Shown here: piece after piece, positions 1-13,964 of the stretch
How positions within the stretch are numbered: the first letter of the stretch is position 1
Layout: every line of letters starts with the position of its first letter
From: Perna viridis
Taxonomy: Eukaryota
Length of the DNA: 64,000 nt
Assembly: GCA_037379345.1 (NCBI GenBank)
Contig: CM074521.1
Coordinates: 6,138,001 to 6,202,000, forward strand
Direction of reading: 5' to 3'
The notes under the pieces: model-generated
What the model saw: only the letters and a program-made list of their open reading frames with translations
Told to the model about the DNA's origin: nothing
Database searches by the model: none
Program-made: the position numbers and the translations under genes

Positions 1-978
1 ATGTAGTACATCTTTATATCATATAAAACATAACTACACAAAAGTGTTCAATATAGAAATAAAAGTGTGGAAAGCATGGGGGATAGTTATGATGTATAGA
101 GTAATATTTTACACCATTCTTTTTTGAAAAATGCCATACATGTATACTGTAAAAATTACTAATTTCACTATTTTTGCAGTGGAAGGAAAAGGTTGAAAAA
201 TAGTACCCCTGAAATTTATTTATATCACTATATAACAGATATTAATTTTTGAAACCACAAAACTTGATACCCCTAAATGTGGTCACTTGACAGAATCCTT
301 GAAAACTTAACAACCATGAATTGTCATTCATTAACAGTAGTTGTATCAAAATTATTCAAGAATTTAGTGAGCATGCTCACATACTGGACACATCCACATA
401 GGAAGAGAGTCAGTTTAAGGTTGGGGAATTTCATACACTGATGATGCAAAAAAAAACCAATTTTATCTCCTTTGACTGTTTGATTCAAGGAGTTTCATTT
501 AAATATACAATACAAGTAAATTGCCCGAAAATGTATCATTCATTTGACGAACTTTAGGAACAGATACTGAGGGTTCCCAGAGCTAATCTGACGGTTTTGA
601 AGTTAGTACAAATAAATATATTGATATCTTGGCAATGTTAAATGTATTATTTTTGTCTGGCAACAAAATTTTCTAAATAAAACATGCAAAATTTGTCCAA
701 AATAGTTTATTTTTTCCAGCAATGTTTTAAGCGCAGCAGTTGGTGAGGGCACCTTCTAACTTCTTATCTATTTCCTGTTTTTGACATTGCCCATAACTGA
801 AAAAGTAACCAGGAGACTATAATATGCAGTAGAGATAATTTTTTAAATTTTAATTATTTGTATAGTAGAAAGCTTAGTTGCAGGATAAAAAGATGTTTCA
901 GAAAGGCATTTCCCAAAACTAAGTTCAAAGGAGCAAAGCTCCAACAAAAATCTTAGGGATCAGCAAATCCTGATAAAA

Positions 979-1371
979 CAGTACCTGAACTGGTCCATGC
1001 AACTAAATTTGTGATTGATCAGTTTCTGATCATTCATCGATCCATCAAACCAATGTGTTAAACTGGTGATCGCATCACTTGACCATGGCGCGGTCAATAC
1101 ATTTTACAGATTCTGTTGTTCTATTTGTCAATTTTACACATATAAACATAATTTCAACATTCTACACATCAATTAATATTTTTACTTTCAGTCGATTTCA
1201 ACGTAAATTAATACTTTTATTTTACAATTGTTTTATTTTTATCAGATCATTCGTCATTTTACATAGCAAAACAGCAATTAAGTCAGTCAGAGGTCATCTG
1301 TTATCAATCAGCAATCAATCAGGCAGGGTTAGCGATCCATCAAATCGTTGCATGGATTGATTCAGGAACTG
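979..1371. mobile_element. Tc1/mariner-like MITE
   Basis: ~25-bp imperfect TIRs CAGTACCTGAACTGGTCCATGCAAC / GTTGCATGGATTGATTCAGGAACTG followed by TA. Confidence 0.55.
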
Positions 1372-1482
1372 TACAATTCTTCATTATTCATGACAATAGA
1401 AAAGAAAGTTTTAACATTTAATCACTTTTTCATTATTTTGGTGTTATATGAATTTTCAATCAAATTTATGTAGCTCTATAAC

Positions 1483-4400
1483 CTTATCCTGTATTGATGT
1501 CAGTTGACCTAGCTGTGCACCCTTTCCTCCAACCAGGCTACCATGACAACAAGCCTCATCTCGAAATGACAAGGTCAGAGCATCTTTTTTTATCTCTTCA
1601 ACCTCTGATTCCTCTCCTAACATGGGTACAGATTCTGGAGGAATATATGAAACTCCATCTGGATTTCTGAAAATGTTCATCAAAGATGAAAATAACTTAT
1701 GCTATATTTCTATGCACATAAACATGCATCACCTACATATACATGTAGTTTTCATATGAACACAATAATTATTGCCTATAACAAGCAGCTTTTAAAATTA
1801 TCAGACAGGTAGAAATATGTGCATGCAAAAATCTACAAATTCACAATTTCACAGTTTCATACCTCATAACCAGTCTTTTAGTTGTTGCACTTTTGAAATA
1901 GCTTATCTTAGATGATAAATATATAGTTTCTCTAAAATGCAGACCTGTATAAAACAGAAAAAACTTTAAAACATAAAACTATGGCATATGTAGATAAAAA
2001 AAAATAATCATGTTAATGGAACACTCAATGATAGCCTGCCATGTAATGATGGTGAAAAAAGGGGGATGGTAAAATTTTCAAAATGGCTTAACTCAAAAAC
2101 TGCATTTAGGAATTTCCTTAAAATTGTACTTACCCTTGACTTTAATAGTACTAAATAACTGTGCAAAGTTTAAAAAAATTCAATGATCTGCTCTCAGATC
2201 ATGCTAGAACACCAAATGGTATGGCAACCTTCTACAGTATAACTACCTATAATGGAACTCAACCAGACCAAATCCACTGACACCATTAACTTTGTAGTTA
2301 CAGAATTTTTCATAAACTATACTTCCTCGGTCGTCATGGTGATACCAAGTTGGTGTCCAGCTTCCTTCAACAACTGTATCATACCTTTTACCATCTACAA
2401 AATTTAAAACAGGAAAAATATCAGGCAAGGGAGACAAGACTGTTTAGGTCTATCATATACCTCTAACCCTTCAAAACAAACAGGCAATATACTAAATGTT
2501 GTTCTGGTAAAACACTGCTCTACACCAAGAAGGCAACCATAGGCAATCATGGCAAAAGACTAAGTGCTGTTTGGGTAGAACAGCTCTAACCTTAACTGGC
2601 ATCTAGGCAAGTGACTATTTAGGTCAAACATAACTCAATTCTAGACCAAATGTACATGTACACTGATATAGTTCTGGCAAAACATTGCTCTACACTTAAA
2701 AGGCAACTATAGGCAATAGATTAAGTGCTTCAATGTAAAATAGCTCTACCCTTGCCAGGCAACTAGGCAAGTGACTAATGACTCTTTAGATCAAACAAAT
2801 CCCTATTCCTAGAAGTTAACTAGGTAAATAAATTAGAGCTCTTTGTGTAAAACATAGATCCATCCCAAAAAAACAATTTTACATACACTTATAGATTTAG
2901 CTTTAACAGTTCTCATCTGCAAGTTGATACCATAAGAATATTGCACATATAATGGCATAAGCTACATATACCTGTTATTTTGACAAGTTTAAACTGGCTG
3001 TTTGGAGGTAAATGTATACAAACAATTTTTCTAATTTATCCAATTTTGGTGAATGCTCATTGGTGCACTGAGAAATGAAACCCTGGCCAAAGTGCCACAA
3101 AACTTGAGAAAATACTTAAGTCTGAGAAAGATTAAATGTTTGAGATGTCATTGATTTCTTAGATATTGATTGGAGTTACCATGGAAGTTAAGAATATTCT
3201 CAGAATTAAGTATTTTTTTTACTTTTGTTGTGCTGGGGCCAGAGTAAATATTTTGAAGAATTTATTTTAGTGGTTTTTAGAAAGACAACTAAACTATGCC
3301 AAAATTAGCACTCCAGAAAAATTAATAGCTATACCGTACATATTTTGTGATTTTTCTGCAAAAGTACTAACTCATCTTTACTCACTCTTTTTCATGACAT
3401 ACCCCAATAATCAAAATGTATTTGGAATGCTGTCATACTATTTCCAGAGTAATGATGGAGCATAAAGAAATGATATGCATGATTAATTCTAGATAAAGAT
3501 TTCCCCAATAAAGGTTAATATATAGAACATCATACATTAGTCTATTTTTTTTTTGGTTAAAATTTTATTTAACTCATGTACTTACTTGCATAAAATGTGA
3601 AACTGTAATTGTTCTTTGGACCGTCTGCTGGAGCAACATCCCAGAGTCTGATGTCTATATCGGATACAGAATGCTTGGCTCCATTTGCATGCATCAAGTA
3701 CCCTATTTTTATACTGCAACAGACAAATATCAACAACTTCTCCTTAGCATCATCCTCCAGATTAGCTCATACAAATGTATGTTCATGTATTTTGTTTTTT
3801 CAGTATAAGTATATTATATATAAACTTGAAAAAGAATTAAATGCCAAGTGGAGCAAGGCAATTCCCAATTTAAGAGAGGGTTTACGCCCAGCATGTCTGT
3901 CTTTGGACTTTGGATTCACGCCTGATAGCAAGGTGTTTGATGGTTTTTCCAATGAATCCCTACTACCACTGATTAAGGGCTGGCACTTATATTCATGAAT
4001 TACACCAAAATGGAAGTTATGGGTAAACTAAAAAATTTAAACTGAATTCAATGTTACAATATGTTGAGTGATGCATGTGTGAAGAAGTTAAAGTCATAAA
4101 CACTTCATTCCAGCATAGTTATCTGAAAAACTCTTACTGTGACATTGTGGATGGAGAACTCACAACACCAGTTTGGATCATATTACCATTCTGTAAAAAG
4201 TAAACATAGAAATGATACTTTTCTTTTACTTCTTTTTCAGGCTTACACAATTACACAAACTTTAACACAGAAACATCAAATCATGCCCTGGATTGAAACT
4301 TGCAAGGACAGAAGAAAATTAGTGAAGTAAAAAAAACACCCAAGCAGTTTGTACAACCTGGAAAGAAGCAAATAAAATGCTAAAATAAGAAAATTGAAAG

Positions 4401-7400
4401 CAAATGTAAATGCCCCTAGTGTACATGTACCGGTATCTGCAGGGGTCAATATCTAACAGCACAAAATGTTTTTTAATTCTATTCTTGCTTGTGACAATAG
4501 TGAAAATAAATTGATCATAAAAATAATTCAGTTTATTTATAAATGTGTATCATACATATGTTTGATCTGTTAAAATGATGTTAAGAATATATACATCTAT
4601 GACACATATATTTTATACATACATTTTATATTCATATTAAATAAGTCTATTACCTCCAAATAAATAAAATGTATGGCATATCTGTAAAATGACCTCCAGT
4701 CCCTTACACCTACAAAACATTTTTAAACTTTAAAATGCAATTCACACTAAAAATAAAAAAAATAAGCTCATTATGAAAATACCCCTGCATAAAATGGGGT
4801 TCAATGTTAAACGTTAATCTATTACAAATGTGTATGAAGGCAGTGTACATGTGTAAACAATCTGCCCTTTGTTTATCAGCATCAACACAGATGATTCAAT
4901 ATAGCTTGGTGATTGAAGATTGTCAATTTAGTATCACAACAGAAGCCGGAAATATGAGGCAGTAAGAACAATGGAAAAACTACAAAATTCAGGGAAGTTA
5001 TAACATACCAAACGAATGATCCCTGATTGCTTTTAAGATCACTGGTTTCTCATGGTATCCTTCAATGTATATCTTCCCTCGGAATTCTCCCCACTGTTCA
5101 TAATGGGTCTGATGTGTACTGAAACAAAATCAAAGTGGTGAGAACTTCAATAAAAACTGCTGTTAACTTTTATAACAGTTCATGTGGGAGATTCTCCCTG
5201 CCCCCTGACACTGTCTCCTGTTGGGGATTTTTACATAAAAGCAAATTTTATACGTACCGGTAAAAATTAAGTTATTTCGTATTCTTCACAGAAAATATAT
5301 TAATTTTTACCAAAATCCTACCACAAATCTTAACTTAATGTGGGAGATTTTTAATTTTTCATTAATTTTGTGGGAGTCTCCCCACTAATGTTGGGGGGGG
5401 GGGTAGATAACAGGGATAACAGGTATGCATTTATATGGACAAAATTACCATAATACATGTAAATGCATGTAATAATTTTTTACAGTTATTTAGCATAGAC
5501 TAATCCATTTTTGCTTGATGCATATGTATTGTTACTTTGAACATAAAATACAGTACAGTCCCTTAAACGATCGATTAATCTATTTGATGACCAATGAAAG
5601 ATTATTTACCAATCACTGAGGACTTGATAACCAATGACCAGTGAGCATTCTGATTTGTAATATTTTTAAATTTTGTCATATAACAGATGATAAATTTACA
5701 TGTATGTGAATTTCTAAATTTTTATTGGAATGAATCTAATGCTATGCTACTGTAAATTTACTTTGAATTCAATATATTGAATTATGTATTTTATCAAAAA
5801 AAAAAAAATGTGACAGGAAAGTTACTAAATTTTTAATTAGTATATTTGTGTAAAATTCAAAAAGTAAACTATACATGTCGTAAATATATGTAGCAATCAA
5901 TTGTCAGGTTGCGTAAAACAGACACAATCACCAATATGACAGATCAATGACCGATCTATAATGATTAATGACATACTGCAATTATAAAGGACCGCTTTGA
6001 ATTGCTGGTCAGATTATGGGATATCAATGACTTTGGGTTGGTTTACGCTGAATAAATAGCAAAGTGCTTCATGTTGCAGCATAAACTGACCTAAAGTCGT
6101 TTATGTTCCATAATCTAACCAACAATTGAAAACCATTCTTATATTTTAATTAAGAAATACCAGAAAACAAAAAAATTAGATCCCAATATATTGTTTTTAT
6201 AATCTGAAATCCACATTTATTTAACACAGATCAATACTGTCAGCTGTCAACTGATCACGCCATTTGTAATTTACGTGCATACTTTTGGTATATTGTGATA
6301 CCCCAATTGAGTTAGGAGGCGTGGCTTAAATACCAAATTAGGTTACACAAAATGGACAATGTTGCTCAATAACACTGAACTATTCAGAATTTCACAAAAA
6401 TTAAAAACATAGTTGTATGGATGGGTTTATGTACTATACAAGGCATTTTTCTAAGCTTTTAAATTTTGTTCCTTTTAGGGATTTTTTTCTTACCTTCGAA
6501 GTGCAGACCAGAATTGTTTGGTCCATGGTTCCCTAGCAACAGCATCAGCTAAAGCTGACTGGTTCATATCTGTGTCAAAACTAAATGGATCAGTAACTGC
6601 CTGCCACCTGCAAAAATGACAAGATAACGACTTTTTTTTCAAATGGACATATTTTTATGTAATAATAAAAACTTGTTTGCCAACATCACTAACCTATCAA
6701 CATTCTTAGTTTCAGGATCTTTATATTGCCTAACTTCATGTCACTCTCTTCATTTTGCTCAAGTCCATGATCTTCATTTTGCCCATTTTTATGATTATAT
6801 CTTTACCTATTTCACAATCTTTATTTTTACTAATTTCATGATTTGTTTTGCCCAAATTTATTTTGACTGATTCCATGGTCTTTGATTTATTATGGAATAA
6901 AATATAGGGAGTTTAAATTCTTGTCTTTTCTTCCAGTAAATCATAACACCAAATTAAAAATTGAAACCTCTTTATAATTTTTTAGATCTTGTTAAAATTT
7001 TGAAGACATTAATAAATATGAATCAAACTAGCAGACTTTTTTAAATTCAAGCTACATGTATGTCTTTCATTAATTTATACTTATCAAAACATGTACGTAA
7101 TAAATCTGTTTTATCACAATAATACATTAACATGAAATGTAAATGAATTATCTCCCTTTAGACACATGAGTGATGTCCCTTTATAAGCTTGCATGTATTA
7201 TATATTGTTTCACTCATATATTTGATCAAACACAGCAGCATACAATTTTAATATAAATACACCCTAGTGGGATTTGCAGAGGGAGGTGGATTCCTAAGAG
7301 TCCCCACTACCCTTGGCTGCAAAAAAACTTTTGAGACTGTTGAAAGGAGCTTAAAATGTGTTAAGCACTAATATGATTTTATGCTTTGCCTATGAGGACC

Positions 7401-10400
7401 AAAGCTCATTCAGACATTTTATTGATAATACTTCACCATGTTGTTATCACAATGATGTCAGGAATATGCAAGACTTCATATAACATTCACTTTGCAGTTG
7501 CATTAAAAAATCTAATAATTACTTCTGAATTTAACATATGTCATTTCTGACTGAAGAACTTTGAGCTTTTGACATTTAAGACCCCCCTAAATGTAGGACA
7601 TTGCTGATGCTTTGTCCCCTTTTACATCAAAGAAGATGTACATTATAACCTCCTCTAACCCCTCTAAAATATTAACTAGCATGACCAAGGGCCAGATGCA
7701 CTTACACCAAGGAGAACTGTACAGGTACTAAATTGTCAGTTTCGAAGAATCTGAAATGAAAAGGAAATTATATAATTGTATTTCAGTAACTATTCATTTC
7801 AATTTACTACAAAAATCTGTGTTGCTATAAACTACATGTACTTAGAGGATTATGGGTAATAAATGTTAACAAGCGTAAAACATCAGTACTGAACATAATA
7901 ACAAAATTTAACACTATTCTTACAAGTCAAAATCAGTTTTTATGACGGAATTGGACATACAGCCCAAACCAAATGATGCCTGCTTTATCAGGCATATATG
8001 CATGTTTTTTTATTATTTGTTTCACAATTTCACCGATTCTGATTCTGTCCATTTTTGAAAAAAATAAACTAATGCACAAGTACTATTTTTTGCAGTTACA
8101 TAACTTGTACCGGTATCATATGAATGGTGTTACCTACATGTATGAATGTTCTTTTGTTATATTTTTGCATAAATGAAATAATTATATCTATGTTAAAAAA
8201 GTCTTATTCACAGATACAGCTAGCTCTAAGAAGTTTTCCAACAAAAAAATGACAGAACTTACTTCATCTGGCCATTATAAGACACTTTCCATTTTTTCAT
8301 CGGCTCAATCATCTCTATTTTTAGTCCTCCTGCCTCATACTTATTTACTGCAGTATTACAGACCAATGTGTCAGGATGTAGAGGGTGCTGTAGTTTCATT
8401 CCCCCAGGCATCTCCAGTAGAAGCCATACTTCAGCCGTACGATTGTGACGCCTGGCTACACGTGTTACCAGCCTAACACCATCCTCATTGTATGACCCAA
8501 AATATACAGTGTCAATACCCTAAAAATAGGATAGTTTCTACTACTGTGCAACCAATTTATTAGGAAAATGAACCCCTTTGGACATCACTTTTCTTCCAAA
8601 TAAATCAGATGTTCAGATTAACAAGGTTCAAAATACATCTAAGGTCCTGTGGCCTGCCCTGTGGTGTGAGGTTTCCCTTGTCATTCATTGAAGACCCATG
8701 GGTGGCCTTAGGCTGACATTTTTAGTGGAATTGTTGTTTCTTTGACATATTCACCATATTCATCCTAGTTGTATATTTAAGTTAGCATGACATGAATTTA
8801 AAAGGGTTTGCTTTCGACCCATTTTATTGCATCATATTTACCTGGCATATTTTTTTCATGAAACTTGCTGAAAGCTGTTAAAGCAATTTTAAAATGATTG
8901 TTTGATTGAGTGTTGTTCAACCTCCAAAGACAGATATCTCATTCATTTCAATAATACAGAACTTGTGTCACAACTTGAGATGGATTTCAAAGAGGTAGAT
9001 CTAGGATAAGGGACACAACTCTTACAAATCAAAGGAACATTTGTATTTGCCATTTTCCATCAATCTCATGTAAGCATTGAAGTAACGCGGACTGATTTTA
9101 TTCTGTTTCAAATGTAAGCTTGAAAAGCTTTGGTGAAATTGATTATGATACAAGCCTATCACTGATTTCAAGAGTTATGTCCTTTACCCTAGGTTTACCT
9201 CTTTAAATGTGCAAGCCCACAGAAGCAACACTTGTTGGTAAGTGTTTCATCCACCTGAACAGAATCTATCGATCCAGATATGCCTAGTGCTTTGTACAGA
9301 AACATTGACTAACAATTATAAAGCCTCTGTATAATTTGGTTGGAGATATAATCCACAACCTTCTCCACTTGTGTTGAACACAGTTCCACAATACCAACCA
9401 GGCATTTTTTTTTTAAAATTAGTTGATAAAATCTTATTTGTAGGTGATGATTAAAATGTGGTTTTTTTTTTACACTTAACGGTCACCTGGTTGAAATTTG
9501 TCTTTCAAGGGCAATAAATTAAACAAGAAGTTATCCAACAATTTTGACTCAAGAAAACTTTGATAGGACTTATCAAAAGGATCATTTCAGTAAATGAAAG
9601 TCTAAATCCATCATAGTTTTCAAGACATTGGCTGAAAACTGTAAGAAAAATAAACCTGTCATTTTCCCCTGTCAAGGGCAATAACTCTTATAAGAAAGCG
9701 TCTGACAAATTTTATGCCTGAAGACTTTTGTAGTCCTAAAAATAAGGATCATTTCAAATATTGAAAGAATTTGGCTAAACCTAACGGTTCTGGAGATATA
9801 TTCGAAAAACTATTATCTGACCCCTATGTTCTACTTTTAGTAACAGCGGCCATGTTTTTTGACGTATCAAAATATCCCCACATCAATTCTATACAGGATA
9901 CCCCAAGGAACATTCATACCAAGTTTGATTCTAATTGGTCAAGTAGTGTCAGAGGAGAAGATTTTTGAAAGAAATAGCATTAAAAATAGCAAAAAGATGT
10001 CGAAAAAGGGAAATAACTCCAACATGGCTTCATAGATTAAAATGAAAATTTGACCACAGATAGATCTCATCATGCTTAACACTTTTACCCAGTCAGGATT
10101 GGGCTTCAGCTAACCATTTTGGAAGATATATGCGAAAAAATCAAAAATACCCATAGCCGTTCTATGCAGGATACCCCAAGGAGCATTCATACCAAGGTTG
10201 GTTCCAATTGGTCAAGTAGTTTCAGAGGAGAAGAATTTCGAAAAATTGTTAATGACAACGGACGCCAAGTGATGGCAATAGCTCACCTGGCCTTTGGCCG
10301 AGTGAGCTAACAAGAGTCTCCCAGGAGCCTGAATTGCTCACTAGGCTTAATTTTGTCCTTCAAGGGCAGTAAATTTAAGAATTTCTATCATAATTTTCAA

Positions 10401-12100
10401 GACCTTAGCTGAAAACTGTAAAAAAAAACTGTCATTTTTCCCTTTTCAAGGTCAATAACTCTTACAAGGAATCATCTAACAACTTTATCTCTAAAGACTT
10501 TTGTAGTCCTACTAATAATATGGATCATTTCAGCTATTGAAAGAATTTGGCTAAACCTAACAGTTTTGGAGATATATATGAAAAACTACTGTCTGACCCC
10601 TATGTTCTATTTTTGGTAACGGCAGTCATGTTTTTCAACAGATCACAAATCCACATTAGTTCTATGCAGGATACCCTAAGGAGCATTCATACCAAGTTTG
10701 ATTCCAATTGGTCAAGTAGTGTCAGAGAAGAAGAGTTTTGAAAAATTGTTAATGACAATGACGGCAGACGCCAAGTGATGGCAATAGCTCACCTGGCCTT
10801 CATCCGGGTGAGCTAAAAAGTCAATTTTGTGATCAGGAGCTTGATATTCATGCTGTGACGAGAAAATCTAAAAGTGAAAATAAATTATTTCACATGTGAA
10901 TTATGGATTTTACTATACAGGGAATATTAAATAAATCACTGCTATCTACATGTATGTGTGTATAATAATTATAAAACATAAATGAAGCTATGGTTATGAT
11001 TACTACACTATAGCTTACAAAGGGATCTTTATCTAACTCCTGACATTTTTCTAGTAGATGAATATCTCCTATTCCTAATCCATAACCTCTCTTATCATAT
11101 TGCTCTTTCTCAGAGGTCTTTGTTGTTTTGTTTTTCCTCTTGTTCAGTTTTAGTAGAAGTCGGAAGATAACTTTCTTTAATGTATACCATCTCCCTGTCA
11201 ATAAAAATGTGTATTAAGAGCATGAAATAATGAAAAATATTTCTCATCCAACATTTTCCAAAGTTACAGGCAGGTGGACAGGCTTTTTCTTTTTAAATTT
11301 TAATCAATTTAAATAAAAATTGACCAAATTTGGGGAAAAAATCCAAATATTTCTCATGGAGGGTGATAAAATTGGGTCAGGAGAAGATGAGAATCTAGGA
11401 TATTTTTTTATTTTGGCCTCAGGTGTTCAAATGAATGCAAGTTTGAGGTCTAGGACCCTCCATCTCTGACACAAGAACTTTCAAATATAATTAACATAGG
11501 CTCTGCATGGATCTTCAATACATTACACTGAATTTTTTCTGAGGACCTTCTGTTTATAAATGTACATCAAGTGACCTCTGACTTGACATCTACAGAAGTA
11601 TTGGACCTTTAATACTCCTCATTGAATCCCTACTGAGGACCTTCTGTTTACATCGAGTTTTGATTTGACATCTTCGAAGGACCTCCCATCTTCAAAAACA
11701 AAATTGAACCCTTGAGTATTGTACATTAGTGTTCTCCACTGGTCCTTTTATGGTAGTATGTGATCCTATTTTGATTTGATGTGATGCTATCTGAACTGAT
11801 TTTCCTGTAGATAATGTTACAAATGTGATGCTATAATTTCAAAGGAAAAGATGCTATCCAAATTATCTAGTTTACATTTGTACCAGGATGCCTTTTTTAA
11901 TTTTCTCTTCAATGTACATGTATAGTCAGGATTTGAAGCATGAATGGCCAACTCACTTAGCAGGCAGCAGAAAATAAAGGACCAAAAATTAAGTTCATAC
12001 CTGGTAACCTGTAAACACCATCTATAGGCTTGGGTTGTGGTTTCAGAAACTGCCACAGAAATACAAGGGCACATCCACCAATGGCTATGGACCACAACAT
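1483..12100 (-). CDS. Putative PEP-synthase/PPDK-family phosphotransferase (PigC/rifampicin-phosphotransferase/YvkC-like) with N-terminal membrane anchor and HYEQ/RDHS domain; 3'-partial, continues left of the window
   Basis: 11 GT-AG exons join in frame (457 codons): 12100-12001, 11194-11019, 8519-8263, 7750-7706, 6607-6494, 5118-5009, 4709-4654, 4190-4138, 3713-3586, 2394-2247, 1666-1483. Translation: MLWSIAIGGCALVFLWQFLKPQPKPIDGVYRLPGRWY...GIDTVYFGSYNEDGVRLVTRVARR...IEPMKKWKVSYNG...HQTHYEQWGEFRG...IRDHSFGVRDW...GFGLVEFHYR...SLVGGKGAQLGQL. GGKGxxL is the start motif of the PPDK/PEP-synthase nucleotide-binding domain. Confidence 0.85.
2440..2870. repeat. Degenerate ~170-bp tandem repeat (about 2.5 units)
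   Basis: GTTCTGG.AAAACA.TGCTCTACAC...AAGGCAAC.ATAGGCAAT...CTAGGCAAGTGACT repeated at ~2501 and ~2671. Confidence 0.7.
8987..9206. mobile_element. TTAA-flanked MITE, same family
   Basis: AAAGAGGTAGATCTAGGATAAGGGACACAACTC ... GAGTTATGTCCTTTACCCTAGGTTTACCTCTTTAA. Confidence 0.78.
9478..10819 (+). mobile_element. Two head-to-tail copies of a non-autonomous Helentron/HINE-like element (~9478-10310 and ~10309-10819)
   Basis: Duplicated body, which gives the near-identical pseudo-ORFs at 9771 and 10547. Each copy ends in the palindrome TAGCTCACCTGGCC...GTGAGCTAA, and copy 2 starts AACAAGAG. Confidence 0.7.
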
Positions 12101-13964
12101 AGCTGTTAGCCTATAAAATAAAACATATTATGCAGGGGTAAATATTAGGAAATACAAGCTGGTAGCCCATATTTTCTATATGTTCAACTAAATTTTTAAC
12201 AAAAGTTTTGTAGCCCAGCTCCAAATCTATTAGCCATGGGCTACTGGGCCACTGCTAATTTTATCCCTGTTTATAGTGCCATAAATATTAATGGGGGGAG
12301 TGTGTGAAAATATCACTACAATACCACAGGGTTATTACTTGTCATATGACCCTATTTATACAGTAAAGCAATAATGTTCTTTACAATTTTCAATGATAAA
12401 AATATATACACATGGATGCAAATTGCCAATCTCTTACTTTTAATTTTTATTTGGTACACATACAATAAAATAATCCTTGAATCAAATAACTCCCACATCC
12501 TCCTGATGACCCATGAGGGTAAACAACGATATGACAGTCAGCTGATTCAAGGGGTGTTCATAAAATAACATTGGCTGATCAAGGATTTGGAAAGTACTTT
12601 TTATCTTCTGAATCAAACTAAGATTGATGTTATTTTCGATAATGCCTCGAAAGAGAGAAATATTGATTAACATCCACAAAAATAGAAAGAAATATTGATG
12701 CCATTTTTATCAGCTTGACAAGTTTTGATCTTCGATTGGAATCAATCTCGGCAGTATGGGCAGCAATAAAGACTATAGCAAGCTTTTCTTGATTATTTGA
12801 CTATAATCACTTTTACAAGTCCCTGTGTTTGGAATGAAAAATGAAGGATTTCAAAGTTTTATTTGAACTTTCCCCTGTGGTATGTGTATTGCATGTTATT
12901 ATCTAATGAGGTGCATCAGATGAAACAGACCACAAGGATTTGTAAAAGTGATTGTATGCAAGATATACTATGGGGGGACGTTCTTACTCATATACCAGTG
13001 AGGCTCCCATATCAGCATATCTTGCATATAATCACTTGTACAAGACCTTGCGCTTTGAATGAGTATACACTGTAGAGTGCCCTGTGTTGCTTTTCAGATA
13101 AAAATACACGTTTCCATTTTGATAACCAAATTTAACATAAAGGTTAATTGCGGAATGTGAAAAAAAGAGAAACACAAACAGCCCAAGGCAACTCTACTAG
13201 CCAGCAAAATTATCCTGGTGTCATCAGTTCTCGATAGCATAACAATGTTTTTTACCTGTTTGTTGAACTACTTAAAGGGAAAGACTTTGCGACATTCTAA
13301 TAAATTACCTATTTACTTTCACTTTACAAACCAACTTTGTGACATCACAGTTCAACCGATCACGGTGGCGCCCATAGGCGCAGGAAATTCAAATTTCCTA
13401 ATAAAAATCTTGATTAATTAATTAAAAGGAAAATATTTTGTTTCAATTGAATTTTCATGAATATTTAACAGATTAGTTTCGATATTTATGACTTGCACAA
13501 TAACATGATCTTCTCCTTTAATAAACAAATTTTAAAGTCATTATATGAACTGATCTTCATTTTTATTTTCCCAGAAGACTGGCGTGATTGCATGTTTACA
13601 TTGTGAGAAAAACACATTATCTAATGACTTTATAGGTACTACATCATTAGTTCATGACAGGTATATGACTTTCTGTATGGAAGTCAGGAGAGACATAACT
13701 AGAAAGAAAAAAATAAAGAAAATAAGTAATATTTCATATTTTCAGGGTCCATTTAATGGACTCCATTTATTACTCCCAGTGAATGTTATAATTGATTAAC
13801 TTTGATATGGCTAAAAAAAGTTTTAATCATATCTTATATTTTTTAATTTGCTGTGATACATATATGGTGTTCCAAGCATACATGTACATGTAGGAGCAAT
13901 GATATACAAGCTTACTTGTAGTATAATTTGCCCCAAAAAAATAGGCTTTTCTACACTATATCTC

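Noticed and set aside
9771-10741. Paralogous small ORFs (MAKPN...) suggesting a peptide gene family
   Set aside because: They are chance frames starting at TTG in duplicated non-autonomous repeat copies within an intron.
12495-12556. Hammerhead-ribozyme-like string CTGATGA-CCCATGAGGG-TAAAC...TC-AAGGGGTG
   Set aside because: The essential GAAA reads TAAA and stem III does not pair; at best a dead relic.
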